Assembly: GCA_964016885.1 (NCBI GenBank)
Contig: OZ024754.1
Location: 27,342,001 to 27,406,000, forward strand
Direction of reading: 5' to 3'
Origin: Eledone cirrhosa
Taxonomy: Eukaryota
DNA length: 64,000 nucleotides
The position numbers and the translations under genes are program-made. Each line of letters starts with the position of its first letter. Positions within the stretch are counted from its first letter, which is position 1. This document shows positions 41,838 through 56,970 of the stretch, piece after piece. The notes beneath the pieces are model-generated. The model saw nothing but the letters and a program-made list of their open reading frames with translations, was not told the DNA's origin and made no database searches.

Positions 41838-42525
41838 ATAAATATAAATATTCTTATTAACTAAATTAACTTAATTACTTACATTAAATATAAACCAATA
41901 TACCTCATAACTCATTAAAACAATTATCTATAACACGATATACCCATCTATCCATTTATCTATCTATTTATCTAGTTATCTATTTATTGATTTATTCTTT
42001 TATTTTTCTATTTATTTTTCTATTTATTTTTCTACTTGTTTTTCTATCTATCTATTTTTCTATCTATTTATTCTTCTATTTATCTATTTTTCTATCTATT
42101 TATTTTTCCATATATTTTTCTATCTAATTTTTATATATACTTATTTTTCTATGTATATCTATTTATTTTCCCATCTACTTATAACAGTAAATATTATATT
42201 AGAAAAGAATTCTAACAACTAAATAATATTAAATATACGTACCATTAGTAGATATATACTTAAAATTTAGTCCCCCATATTTACGTTACACGAGTTCTAT
42301 TCATCCTCATCTAAATTTCTTCTCTCTATCTATCTCGTAATATTAATATCTTTTCTCTCTCTTTTTTCTCTCTCTTTCTTCCCTTCTCCAGTGTCATTTA
42401 AATAAACGGTTGTTTTTTCATTTATTTACACAATCATTTGCATATTTACTCCAGTAACTGTTGAGTGCTCTAAATCAGTTCTAAACATTTATGTTTGTCG
42501 GACTTCCAACAAATTAAATACAACT

Positions 42526-42613
<88 letters not shown>

Positions 42614-42614
<1 letters not shown>

Positions 42615-43010
42615 TTCGTTTTTTAATTTGGTTTGCAAGATTTCTTATCTGGTAATGTATGTTGAAACATATTGTTATACTTTGGGAGGGTCATGCTGCC
42701 AATAAAAACACACGCACCCGTTGGGTTTCACTTCAATTTATTATAAACTTCCAGTGGTTGGTTCGATACCAGTATGTTTGTTTATATATTGTCAAAGCTC
42801 TTTCGTCACTCATTCTGTGACTTCATCAGTGACTAGGTTTTTATTTTGTGTCTCTCCTTTCTGTTGCCCTACACCATCTTGTTTTTGTGTGGTGTGTGTT
42901 ATGTGCTTAGTTTGCGCGTGCGTTACATCTGGGTGTGTTTGTGCGTATTTTTATTTATTTATTTATGTATTTATTTACTTGTTACTAGTTGTTTGTTTGT
43001 TAATGTATAT
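42614..43010 (-). mobile_element. Solo pseudo-LTR of the 10547-12681 PLE family with hammerhead (42791-42833)
   Basis: Homology to 10547-10987; GTCA-CTGATGA-A-GTCAC..GTGAC-GAAA-GAGC-TT-TGAC. Confidence 0.85.
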
Positions 43011-43320
43011 TAATGAATATTAATGAATATTAATATATATTAAAGTATATTAATGTATATTAATATCTATACATACATACATATTTACATATTCGTACTT
43101 ATTTATTTATACACTCCCGTGCAGCCATGTTTTGTTTTAATATCTTTTCTATTAGTTGGGACGGAAATTTACAACGGAAATTATTCTATTCCTGAGTTCT
43201 TTAAAACGAACAAATAATGAATGAATATTTTGTGATTGGACCAAAGTATGTTATCGTTTGAGAAACAAACGGCATTTGTATATTTGGTTACTAATATTTT
43301 GAAAACATATCAGTGTATGG

Positions 43321-43645
43321 CAAAAGTTCTCAAAGTCGGTGCTAGCTCCACCCCATGGGGGAAGGGGCGTTCAGAAAGTCCAGAGGGCACTGGGGAGGGG
43401 CAGTAGAGATGATATAATAGTATATTAAATATCAAATGATACATATTATATATAAATATAGTAAAATAAAAAAATATATATTTATTTATACATAGTATAT
43501 ATTATATTATTTATTATATATAAATTAAAGATTTTATTTATTATATATTATTTACAATTTGCGGGTAGGTAGGTCTCTCTGGAAATATGGTTGGGGGCGT
43601 TGAGTGTATTATTTGACCGTGGCTCAAAAGGTTTGAAAACCTCTG
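43321..43645. mobile_element. hAT (Charlie-like) MITE
   Basis: TIR-like CAAAAGTTCTCAAA / TTTGAAAACCTCTG; 8-bp TSD GTGTATGG / GTTTATGG. Confidence 0.7.
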
Positions 43646-44869
43646 GTTTATGGCATTACCATATATATATACAATCGATTTTTCAAACCATTGAACGATA
43701 GGAAGGCTTTTTATCTTCCCAAAATGTCAGCACTATATCAGCTTCTATCGAGATAGCATAGATGAGATATCAAATCCGTTCCATCTAAGACCATCATATA
43801 ACCTATTTCAAGCATAGTATACCTAGCAATACACTATCCAATATAACTTTAAGTTATTAAAAGGAGGTGTCTTTCTCTATTTCTCACTCATCTATCCTGG
43901 ACGAAATCGGCTGAGTTCAGAGCAGGAGAATGCTGAGTTGCGCCAGGTTTAAAATGGCCGACTCACGCCGCATATCATGACTATGAGCCTCTACTCCATA
44001 GCGAGTTACAGGTGCATACATATATTCAAATGTGATACAACCACTATTTCTATTTATCTTTGTCTGTTTGTCGGTCCGTCTCTCTCGAAAAAAAATCAAC
44101 AGCAACGAGTACAACAACAACATCAACGACATAAACATGTACTCTATTAACAAAATTAAAACTTTGTTAGTGTACTATTAACATATTGCCATATACACAT
44201 ATATCCATACGCACATGACCATACCCACACGTGCATTCACACACGAAGTTAAAACGAAGTGTAACCTGCTAAGAGACTTCTAGCTAATATTATATAAGAC
44301 ATCAAAGGAAATATTTTCTTAGCATTTCTTGATTATAACTTCTTGCCTCTTCAACTTTCTAAACATTATTTGTTTTCGTGAAGAAAATTATGTTACTTTC
44401 CAATATGTTCAAAAGCTAGAGCATAAGAATCAAATAAAAAAAGGTCGGTGATTGTTTCAAATTATAGAAGGAATCCAAATTGCTGTGATGCCTGGCGGCT
44501 ACATATGTGTTTCTGTATGTGAGAAAGAGGGTGTGTGTGGGTGTGCGTGTGTGTATACATGTATATGTATGTATTATTATATATGTAAAATACATGCGTG
44601 TATATGTGCAGAAATAGATAGATATTGAGAGATCAATTTGCAAAACGTAGTGAATTCCAATTATTACGCAATGATCGATAAGGTTGTTAGTTAAGACAAA
44701 AATCAAATGAAATGGCCCATCTAGAATTGAAACAATTTATTTATTTAATCAGTTATTTATGCATTTATTCGTTTATTCATTTATTTTATTATTTGTATTT
44801 GTTATTTACACCCGTCACCGGGTTTTTTTATAAATACCGTGTACCGCTTGATTATTACATTGCTTTATA

Positions 44870-45057
44870 TGGCTTGGCAGTATCGGTAGAGCGTCAGATA
44901 ACATGCTTTTCGGCATAGAGGTATGGCCCTTTACGTTCTGAGTTCAACTCCCGCCGAGGTTAACTTTGCCTTTCAACCTTACGGGGTCGATAAAATAAAG
45001 CACCAGTAATGCACTGGCGTAATTGCTGGCCTTGTGCCAAAAGTAGAAACAATTATT
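44870..45057 (+). mobile_element. tRNA-derived SINE (family A)
   Basis: A-box TGGCAGTATCGG, B-box GTTCAACTCC. Confidence 0.9.
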
Positions 45058-45361
45058 ACATATAAAGTACCAGTTAATTACTAGGAGCATGTGGAATCGG
45101 TTTACCCTTTCCCCAAATTGCTGACCTTCTGTGACTGTTAGAAATAATTATATATATATTTATATCATACGAAGCTAATCTTTGACTACATTCAAGAAAG
45201 GTACAACTCCTGCAGCAAATCATAATTCAGGGTTTTTTCGTTTTTTTTGCCATTGTTTCTGTTAAAGAAATAATTGTCGCCATGATGTATCTTTATTTAT
45301 TTATTCCTTTTTTGCCGTATATTGTTTCTGGAACTTTCTTTGTGTATACCAATCACTCAAA

Positions 45362-45528
<167 letters not shown>

Positions 45529-45532
45529 CATA

Positions 45533-45606
<74 letters not shown>

Positions 45607-45703
45607 CACACACACACATTTTGAGTTGAGTGATTGATAACAAACAAAAAGAAAGTTCCAGGTAAGAAACACCCACCCCCACCCATACACACATACATAT
45701 ATG

Positions 45704-45751
<48 letters not shown>

Positions 45752-45781
45752 CATATATGTATATATATATATACACATACA

Positions 45782-45817
<36 letters not shown>

Positions 45818-45820
<3 letters not shown>

Positions 45821-48525
45821 GCCTCTATCTTTACTTCGGCCCTTGAAAAAATTGATTCCACTTCATTCACTCTCATCTCAGGAACAGTTTTGGATAGCGC
45901 TAGTTCGTAATTTAAATTCAAGAATTTTATATTCTTCGAATGAAAAGAACCTTCTGACGAGAATCTTTCTTTGCAACGAAGGCCGTATGGTCTCCGTTTA
46001 TTTTTGGGATTCGAAACCGATCGGTAAAGGTAACTATAGTAGGTAAAGTCAATTTTTTAAAATTTATCTTGAAACTTTTTCATTATTTGCTAAACCTTGT
46101 TTATATATGTTCTGGCTCGTTAATTTATTAACCTGCCATTGAACCACATTGGCATTTGGTTGGACAATACATGCGTCCCTTAGCGCCTTATGCGTGAAGG
46201 AACACATATCCTATTATTACTACTCTCCGCTATTGTTGAGAGACAAATTGGGTTGTTCCGACTGCTGCTAGTGATAGTTGCGGCCGGTTTGACCTACCTC
46301 CCTCTGCCTCTATCTTTACTTCGGCCCTTGAAAAAATTGATTCCACTTCATTCACTCTCATCTCAGGAACAGTTTTGGATAGCGCTAGTTCGTAATTTAA
46401 ATTCAAGAATTTTATATTCTTCGAATGAAAAGAACCTTCTGACGAGAATCTTTCTTTGCAACGAAGGCCGTATGGTCTCCGTTTATTTTTGGGATTCGAA
46501 ACCGATCGGTAAAGGTAACTATAGTAGGTAAAGTCAATTTTTTAAAATTTATTTTGAAACTTTTTCATTATTTGCTAAACCTTGTTTATATATGTTCTGG
46601 CTCGTTAATTTATTAACCTGCCATTGAACCACATTGGCATTTGGTTGGACAATACATGCGTCCCTTAGCGCCTTATGCGTGAAGGAACACATATCCTATT
46701 ATTACTACTCTCCGCTATTGTTGAGAGACAAATTGGGTTGTTCCGACTGCTGCTAGTGATAGTTGCGGCCGGTTTGACCTACCTCCCTCTGCCTCTATCT
46801 TTACTTCGGCCCTTGAAAAAATTGATTCCACTTCATTCACTCTCATCTCAGGAACAGTTTTGGATAGCGCTAGTTCGTAATTTAAATTCAAGAATTTTAT
46901 ATTCTTCGAATGAAAAGAACCTTCTGACGAGAATCTTTCTTTGCAACGAAGGCCGTATGGTCTCCGTTTATTTTTGGGATTCGAAACCGATCGGTAAAGG
47001 TAACTATAGTAGGTAAAGTCAATTTTTTAAAATTTATTTTGAAACTTTTTCATTATTTGCTAAACCTTGTTTATATATGTTCTGGCTCGTTAATTTATTA
47101 ACCTGCCATTGAACCACATTGGCATTTGGTTGGACAATACATGCGTCCCTTAGCGCCTTATGCGTGAAGGAACACATATCCTATTATTACTACTCTCCGC
47201 TATTGTTGAGAGACAAATTGGGTTGTTCCGACTGCTGCTAGTGATAGTTGCGGCCGGTTTGACCTACCTCCCTCTGCCTCTATCTTTACTTCGGCCCTTG
47301 AAAAAATTGATTCCACTTCATTCACTCTCATCTCAGGAACAGTTTTGGATAGCGCTAGTTCGTAATTTAAATTCAAGAATTTTATATTCTTCGAATGAAA
47401 AGAACCTTCTGACGAGAATCTTTCTTTGCAACGAAGGCCGTATGGTCTCCGTTTATTTTTGGGATTCGAAACCGATCGGTAAAGGTAACTATAGTAGGTA
47501 AAGTCAATTTTTTAAAATTTATTTTGAAACTTTTTCATTATTTGCTAAACCTTGTTTATATATGTTCTGGCTCGTTAATTTATTAACCTGCCATTGAACC
47601 ACATTGGCATTTGGTTGGACAATACATGCGTCCCTTAGCGCCTTATGCGTGAAGGAACACATATCCTATTATTACTACTCTCCGCTATTGTTGAGAGACA
47701 AATTGGGTTGTTCCGACTGCTGCTAGTGATAGTTGCGGCCGGTTTGACCTACCTCCCTCTGCCTCTATCTTTACTTCGGCCCTTGAAAAAATTGATTCCA
47801 CTTCATTCACTCTCATCTCAGGAACAGTTTTGGATAGCGCTAGTTCGTAATTTAAATTCAAGAATTTTATATTCTTCGAATGAAAAGAACCTTCTGACGA
47901 GAATCTTTCTTTGCAACGAAGGCCGTATGGTCTCCGTTTATTTTTGGGATTCGAAACCGATCGGTAAAGGTAACTATAGTAGGTAAAGTCAATTTTTTAA
48001 AATTTATTTTGAAACTTTTTCATTATTTGCTAAACCTTGTTTATATATGTTCTGGCTCGTTAATTTATTAACCTGCCATTGAACCACATTGGCATTTGGT
48101 TGGACAATACATGCGTCCCTTAGCGCCTTATGCGTGAAGGAACACATATCCTATTATTACTACTCTCCGCTATTGTTGAGAGACAAATTGGGTTGTTCCG
48201 ACTGCTGCTAGTGATAGTTGCGGCCGGTTTGACCTACCTCCCTCTGCCTCTATCTTTACTTCGGCCCTTGAAAAAATTGATTCCACTTCATTCACTCTCA
48301 TCTCAGGAACAGTTTTGGATAGCGCTAGTTCGTAATTTAAATTCAAGAATTTTATATTCTTCGAATGAAAAGAACCTTCTGACGAGAATCTTTCTTTGCA
48401 ACGAAGGCCGTATGGTCTCCGTTTATTTTTGGGATTCGAAACCGATCGGTAAAGGTAACTATAGTAGGTAAAGTCAATTTTTTAAAATTTATTTTGAAAC
48501 TTTTTCATTATTTGCTAAACCTTGG

Positions 48526-48532
<7 letters not shown>
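45818..48532 (+). repeat. 485-bp tandem array (5.6 units) with one hammerhead per unit; retrozyme-like
   Basis: Exact 485 periodicity (ORFs at 46190, 46675, 47160, 47645, 48130); units essentially identical; (TA)n on both flanks. Confidence 0.95.
45949..46031 (+). ncRNA. Type I hammerhead ribozyme (repeated at 46434, 46919, 47404, 47889, 48374)
   Basis: ACCTT-CTGACGA-GAATC-(42 nt)-GATTC-GAA-ACCGATCGGT-A-AAGGT; predicted cut after 46026. Confidence 0.88.
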
Positions 48533-48562
<30 letters not shown>

Positions 48563-48578
48563 CATATATGTATATATA

Positions 48579-48646
<68 letters not shown>

Positions 48647-49605
48647 AATATATCTCCGTATGCTATTTGATTGAAAGAAATATACACTGTGTTACATTAT
48701 ACCATGACAGATGTCAATAAGTTAACACGCACTGAATGCATTTTCTTTTCATTTTGTGAGTGATTAATTTGCAGAATTACACACGCTACATGTACACTTT
48801 GGCAGTTGTGATATTTTCTTATATATGTAATACAAGCCTTCACAAGTATTTTACTTTATTCATGTGTGATATTTTTGTTTTTTCTAGGAATTGCTTCATT
48901 CTTTTATTCATTTATAGGTTGCAAGCGTTAAACTGCGGTTATACTGGGTCAACGCCTTCAAGTAATTTAGTCGATCATATCGATCTCAGTATATATTCTA
49001 TTTCAAATCTCTTACCTTTATTTGAAAGGGAAAATATATAAAAGTGTTAAATTTGCTCTTATTTTCGAATATCCCAGACATCCGTTCCGAGATGTTATTA
49101 TTCCATTCGCAAACATATTTCCATTTTAAAGTATTGTCCGTTGTTTGCCGAGTTAATCTTTATTCATATTTGTATATGTTTTTTAGTGTGGTTGGCAGCT
49201 AGATTAATTTTAAGATGATTTACTGCATACAACTGGAAGGAAGTAGAAATAAAAGCCCCTTTTGTTTGTACTTTTTAAATAAAATTTATTTACGGCTTAT
49301 AGAGGGAGATTTGATCCTCACTAAATTAAAAAACCTCCCGAAAAACGAATATGTTTTTATATTTCTATTGACGACAAAAGGTAATTAATATTCGTTACCA
49401 CATCGTTATTCAAATGTCATTTCACTTCTAAAACCACGAGTGGAATCCCGCTCATATTTGTGACGCTTCTGTAGTTTTGAAGCTTCCATTTCAAAATCAA
49501 TATGTCTAATTTTTCTCGTTGTTTCGCGCGCGCGTGTGTGTGTATGGCAACATAAATAGACTTGTTATTTTTTTCTAAAACATTTTTCCGATTCCGCACT
49601 GCCAG

Positions 49606-49757
49606 TCCCTTCAATCTTTCTAATTTCTCATTCTTTCTTCTGATGAAGGACTAGTGTCTGAAATGTTAAGACTCTCTTCCTGCTATTTCAAGCGTTATAC
49701 TAATACATTCCTTCCATATACTGTACCGAATGTGTTGTTATTTCTGTTTACCTTTTA
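49606..49757 (+). mobile_element. Short repeat with minimal hammerhead (49636-49671) ending at a microsatellite
   Basis: TCTT-CTGATGA-A-GGAC-tagt-GTCT-GAAATGTT-AAGA; homologous to 59826-59980. Confidence 0.7.
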
Positions 49758-49766
49758 CATACATAC

Positions 49767-49900
<134 letters not shown>

Positions 49901-49905
49901 ATATA

Positions 49906-49936
<31 letters not shown>

Positions 49937-50087
49937 TATTATAAATGTAAGCTATCGCCGTATTTTGACTAAAGAAATTAAAGAAATTGTTTAGCCTGAT
50001 AGTGAGGTTAAGAACCCTCGGAGAAATGGAAAAAGAGCTTACATTTATAATAATTTCAAACCCGCTCGCTGTTTCGAAAAATATTCT

Positions 50088-50149
<62 letters not shown>

Positions 50150-50883
50150 GTGGGGGGTATTGCATGTGTGCGTAATAATGACCGTATTATTAGAACATTA
50201 GAACATCTAAATATGTCCAGGCCAGACTTACGCCAGCATTCTAATATTCTTATATCCACATAATAATCATTAACTCGATAGAAAGACGAAAACATAATGC
50301 AGATTATGTAAGAAAATTGACTAAAGATACATTTCAATAAAACTATTTAACTGCAAACGGCGTATTTTTAAATCACTATACAAGAATACAAATATTTTAA
50401 CACCTTTCAATTACATTTTCATTTCTACTAGAAGAGAGTTATTAAAATTTTCCAATATCCGATTATAGTTAATAGAGTAAGTGCTTGGTAGTGTTTTCCA
50501 CTTTATTTCACCGCTTAGAAATCCGGCAAACTTAAATATCCGATGAATTTCGATGGACAGCGTTATGTTTACTTTCACTCCTTTACACCAACAAATGGGA
50601 ATTAGACGCTAAAAGATATCGATTAACACCTCCTAGATCATCTGTTCGTATATATCTTTATACTCATACACACACACACATACACACTCACGCACTCTCT
50701 CTCACACACACACATATATATATACTTATATGTATATACGTATATAGACATATACATACGTTCATACATACGTGCATATGTATATATATATATATATACA
50801 CATATATGTATCTGAATATATATATAAACATATATATATATATATATATATATATCATATATTTATATATATATATATAAATA

Positions 50884-50922
<39 letters not shown>

Positions 50923-50972
50923 TAATATATATATAATATATATATATATATAATATATATATATATATATAA

Positions 50973-51221
<249 letters not shown>

Positions 51222-51766
51222 TATATATATATACTATATATCTGATCACGTAGTGTATGTATATGTGTGATATAGTCATGTGTATGATTGAAAAAGAGAA
51301 ACGGAGACAGGCATGGGATTTGAAACAAATCAATTGTTGGTCAAATCAAAAATAGCTTAGCTCTCCTTTAGTTTCCGGTCGAACATAATTGGTGCTATGC
51401 CAACTTCCGATTCCTCCACAGAACACTAAGAATATCTATTAGCTATCTGTGTCTAATCATATTACACTACGTCGTAATCAAAATTCCGGAATCATACACT
51501 AAGGCAAATTACCAACTTATATATTCAAACCCATAACTCTTAAATATTCCGACATTTTGATGAGTTAAATAATCAAGTGTCATAAGTGATATTCATCAAG
51601 GCAGGATTTGTATTATATTATTATATTAATAGTATTACATCACCCGTTGTTTTACGGACAGAAATAAATAATATATTCGGTTTCATTAAAGTCCAATGAT
51701 AATATGTTTGTGGATTATACATAGATAAACACACACGCACACATATATATATATATATATATATAA

Positions 51767-51925
<159 letters not shown>

Positions 51926-52038
51926 GAGAGAGAGACTACTGTTGACATAAGTTTGATTTCTGCTATGAATTTTGGAGCATTTTTGTCAGAGCGTAACGTT
52001 CGCGCAATAGATGAACAAAAGGAATTTACAAACATTAT

Positions 52039-52570
52039 GTTAACTTTGCCTTTCATCCTTACGGGGTCGATAAAATAAAGTACCAGTAATACACTGGGAT
52101 AATTGCTGGCCTTGTGCCAAAAGTAGAAACAATTATTATATTATGATATTCTATCATATCTTTCTTCTTCGGCTTGTTAGATTGTGTCAGAACCGAACGT
52201 TTTATTAGAAACCTCGTAGGGATGAAAGGCAAAGCTAACCTCCCTCAGCGGGTTTTGAACTCAGATCATAAATGACTGTAATTCTATGCTGCAAAGCATA
52301 CTACCCGACCCTCTACCGATACTGCCAATCCACCTTTCAGTTTATTATATTGAGGCTGTACTTTATAACTATGATGGAGTGATTTTAGGAAAACATAATT
52401 GTTTCTACTTTTGACACAAGGCCAGCAATTATCCCAGTGTATTACTGGTACTTTATTTTATCGACCCCGTAAGGATGAAAGGCAAAGTTAACCTCCGCGG
52501 GATTTGAACTCGGACCATAAAGGGCCGTGACTCTTTGATACAAAGCATGGCGTCAGACCCTCTACCGATC
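52039..52570. mobile_element. Cluster of three family A SINE copies (52039-52140 +, 52215-52335 -, 52396-52570 -)
   Basis: Family homology. Confidence 0.85.
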
Positions 52571-53035
52571 CAAAAAAATAATAGGAAAACAGCAAATACG
52601 TCACAGTGTTAGATTTACATTAAGTAAAGAGTTACTAGCAATAAAAATAAGATCATTTTAATAGGCATTAATATATAGAACTAAGATTATTGGATAGTGT
52701 AGAATACAGAAAACTATTTGTATAAGAAACAGAATAAAGCACACGGTAATAAATGTGAAAATGTGAAAATCAAATAAAAAGACTGCAGAAGAGTATTAAA
52801 TATGAACTGAATGATAGAAATAAAATCATATGTATAAATACACACTCCATCTTAGTTATAAACTACAACTTCAATATAATAAACTTAAGGTTAAGTGAAT
52901 TGAAGAGCATAGATAGAATAACTAGCAGCGTTCTGAAGCAACCATGCTCTAACGATGATAACGATAGAATATAGTAACGTCACACATAAATAAGAACACG
53001 TGATGCAAATATACAACTGTTACAAAATATCAGGA

Positions 53036-53724
<689 letters not shown>

Positions 53725-54194
53725 AAGGGAAAGATTTAAAGATAATTACCAAGCGATTGAAAATGTAAAGCGAAATCAGAATACAGACTAGAAAGGGAAG
53801 TAAATAAACATCTAGAATATACTAATGACAAAATACACTTCATGACCAATACTTTGCAGCTCTCCACATAAGGACAGTATCTTAGTTTGGATTCCGACTT
53901 AGGTTCCAAATTTCTGATCTAATTACAACAACAGAATATTCAGCCTCACTGGTTTAATATCAACCTAGATCATGAACGTATTGAATGTATTGTCCCTTAA
54001 CTCCTGATAGAGTCGTAGGGGTGCCGTACTGACTTACGGCGTTTCTTGGGTATTTTAAGCCTGGTGGATCCCATCCCTCTCCAGGCCGGAGTACAGCAGA
54101 TTTCTTCCAGATAAGTAGAGAGGGAGAGAGAGAGAGATAGACCGAGAGGGAGGAGGGGAATATGAAAGAGATAATATAGGAAGAATCTACACCA

Positions 54195-54342
54195 ATACTA
54201 GACTGGTACGTTTTTTATCGACCTCGAAAGTATGAAAGGTAAAGTTGACATCGGTGTGATTTGAACTCAGAGAGCAGAGAGCTGGAACGAATACCATAAA
54301 ACATTCTATCTGACATTCTAACGACTCTGCTAATTCGCCGCC
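54195..54342 (-). mobile_element. Older SINE, family A relative
   Basis: TTTATCGAC..ATGAAAGGTAAAGTTGAC..GATTTGAACTCAGA. Confidence 0.7.
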
Positions 54343-54730
54343 TAACCTAGAACCTATCCACAGTAAACACACACAGAGAATAAAATAATGAAACAGTAGG
54401 CTAACCTTCCTATAATGTACACCTCACTTTAGGCTAATAAGATTACCAAATATCGCAATAATGATAGAACTAGTGTCAATCTAATGGTATATATACGACA
54501 CAATGTAAATATACCAGTAAATTCCATTGTACTTACTTTGTCGACATTCAAATTTAGTGAAATAAATTTATCGATATTCAAGTCTCAAACCTGGTCAACC
54601 AATAAATGATCAATTTTTGTTAAAAACAAAATTACTATTTCCTTTCACAAGACATAATTTACTTTCTATTTGTGAATTTTTACCAATTTAAACTCACTAT
54701 CCCCCCCCCTCCCACTCACACACACACACA

Positions 54731-54766
<36 letters not shown>

Positions 54767-55289
54767 TATATATTTATAGTTTGAAATAAAAATACACCTT
54801 TATTCAAATGGGCAACAGCGAAAACTCTAAAGATTGCACACCTTTCTATTTCTTGCATAGAAATATTTAATGGTTTATAAACTAACCTCACGCCAACCTA
54901 CAGACCGTCCATACCTGCTCTATGCTTTAAAATTTATGTTTTTCTTCTATTAATTTCCTCTATCTGAGAATTAAATGTATTGTAAAATATAAAACTCCAT
55001 TATTGGCACACATTAATAACCGAACTATTATTGTGAATTAAATTTTGAATTTTTATTGGAGAAATTGATATTTTTCTGTTTTTATAACTTAAGTAGTCTG
55101 AAAAGATCCATAGTGCTTTAGAAAATAGAATCCGTTCATGCAAGTGTATCGATTTGTGGTATATTGGTTTCTTTAAAAAACACAACAACCGTACAGTAGT
55201 TGTCAAGTTGATCACAAGGAAATATTAAAATAATAATCTAGTGAAAATGTAACATTTTGAAAAAAAATGAAAATAACATTAATATATAA

Positions 55290-55465
55290 ACGCAGGCAAA
55301 AATATATGGTTAAAGAGTTCGCTTCGCAATCATCTGGTTTTGGGTTCAATCCCACTGCCCACCACCAGGTACATTTGTCTAATATAACCTTGTGTTAGGT
55401 TGAGCAATGTCTTGGGTGGAATTTGTTCGAGGTCAATGGACACTAAAAATTCGCATCGTGTATGT
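55290..55465 (+). mobile_element. Degenerate tRNA-derived SINE (family C)
   Basis: TGGTTAAAGAGTTCGCTTCGCAA...GGGTTCAATCCCACTG tRNA-like head. Confidence 0.55.
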
Positions 55466-56659
55466 ACGTGTATATGTAGACTACACATATAAATATGTAT
55501 ATGTGTGTTAAACTACTAAAAATACGGCATCTATATTACAACTCTTTTGCAACATTCAAATTTGTCGTAAATGTTGGATAATCTAAATATGACCGTTTTG
55601 TAAACGCCACATTATATAGTCCTTCAGTTGAGTCACCGAATTTGACTAGCACAATCTACCCTTAAGCAGTGACATGTAGAGGAAATGAAAAGTTGTGTGG
55701 TATACATGCGTGTTCCTGTCTTTGTTTATGTCCCGTATCTTACAGTGTCGACAAAATAGATAAAAAAAAATAAGTACAAGAGATGAGATAATGAAGTACT
55801 GGTGTCGATGTGCTCAACTAAATCAAAGCCGTGTCCCAGCATGACCGAAGTGCAATGACGGAAATCAGTAAAATAATAAAGCAATAAAGTATATAAACGT
55901 AAACAATTGTGTATATTTGAAAGATAAATCAAATTGCGTTTTATTCTCAATGGTCTCAAGCTGATAGATGTAGTTGTCAAACTTTCTCCACGTAACAACT
56001 AAGACATTGAAAGGATACACAATCTTAAATTAACAAAAAAAAAAAAAAATAAATAAATAAAAAATCCAACGAAAAAAAAACCGAGTAGTCATGACTGGAA
56101 TCTCGTAAACCCCAGAGATGCTCAGGATAATTTGAGGTTTAAAGAACAACATATTTAAATAATGGATACCTCTAAGAATGATTGTCTCAATCAAAACACT
56201 GATTTTCCGTTAAATAAAGTTTCGGCATCTCTCTTAATGCAAACATAATTATATGTGGATTCTTGAGATTCTTGCAACCTACCAATGTACTTTATTGGGT
56301 TGCCACAGGAAACACTGTATCATTTGCAATCATCTAAATATCTAGATACCAATGATGGTCACAACGCCAGAGGAAAGTTCCATCCAATTTTATTTACATT
56401 TATCCTTTGTTATTGTTTCCAAAAAGAGTAAAAATGTGAAAACATAGGCGCTTTTATATTACTATAATTCGGATGTAAGGAGAATATTTCCATCTTCATA
56501 ATACGTTTTAAGGAATAATGAAGCGTCTATTGTGAAGGAATAGAAACAAAAATATTATTAACGCAGCAACAGTCAGTTAGGAATTCAACGTGAATTATGA
56601 GAAGAATCGGTAATACGTCAGACATTGCAATCTGGTCGAGATCAACGTTCCCTATCATT

Positions 56660-56970
56660 CTTACGGGTTGACAAATAAAGTACCAGTAATGCACTGGGGT
56701 CGATTTAATCGACTTTCCCCTCCCCCAAAATAGCTGGCCTTGGGCGAACAGTAGAAATCATTATTATTATTAAAGGGGGAAGGATTGCCAGTATCAGTAG
56801 GGCGTCGAACAACACGTTTCGCGGCACAGAGTTACGGCCATTTACGTTCTGAGTTCAAATCCCGCCGATGTTAACTTTGCCTTTCATCCTTACGGGGTCG
56901 ATAAAATAAAGTACCAGTAATGCTCTGGGTAATTGCTGGCCTTGTGCCAAACGTAGAAACAATTATTATT
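56660..56970 (+). mobile_element. Two tandem family A SINE copies
   Basis: Partial long variant 56660-56770 and full copy 56775-56970 with B-box GTTCAAATCC. Confidence 0.85.

Noticed and set aside
45818-48532. Antisense ribozyme or RT/transposase coding in the 485-bp unit (viroid/obelisk-like ambisense design)
   Set aside because: No CUGANGA/GAAA set on the - strand by eye and no enzyme motifs; other ribozyme classes need an Infernal search
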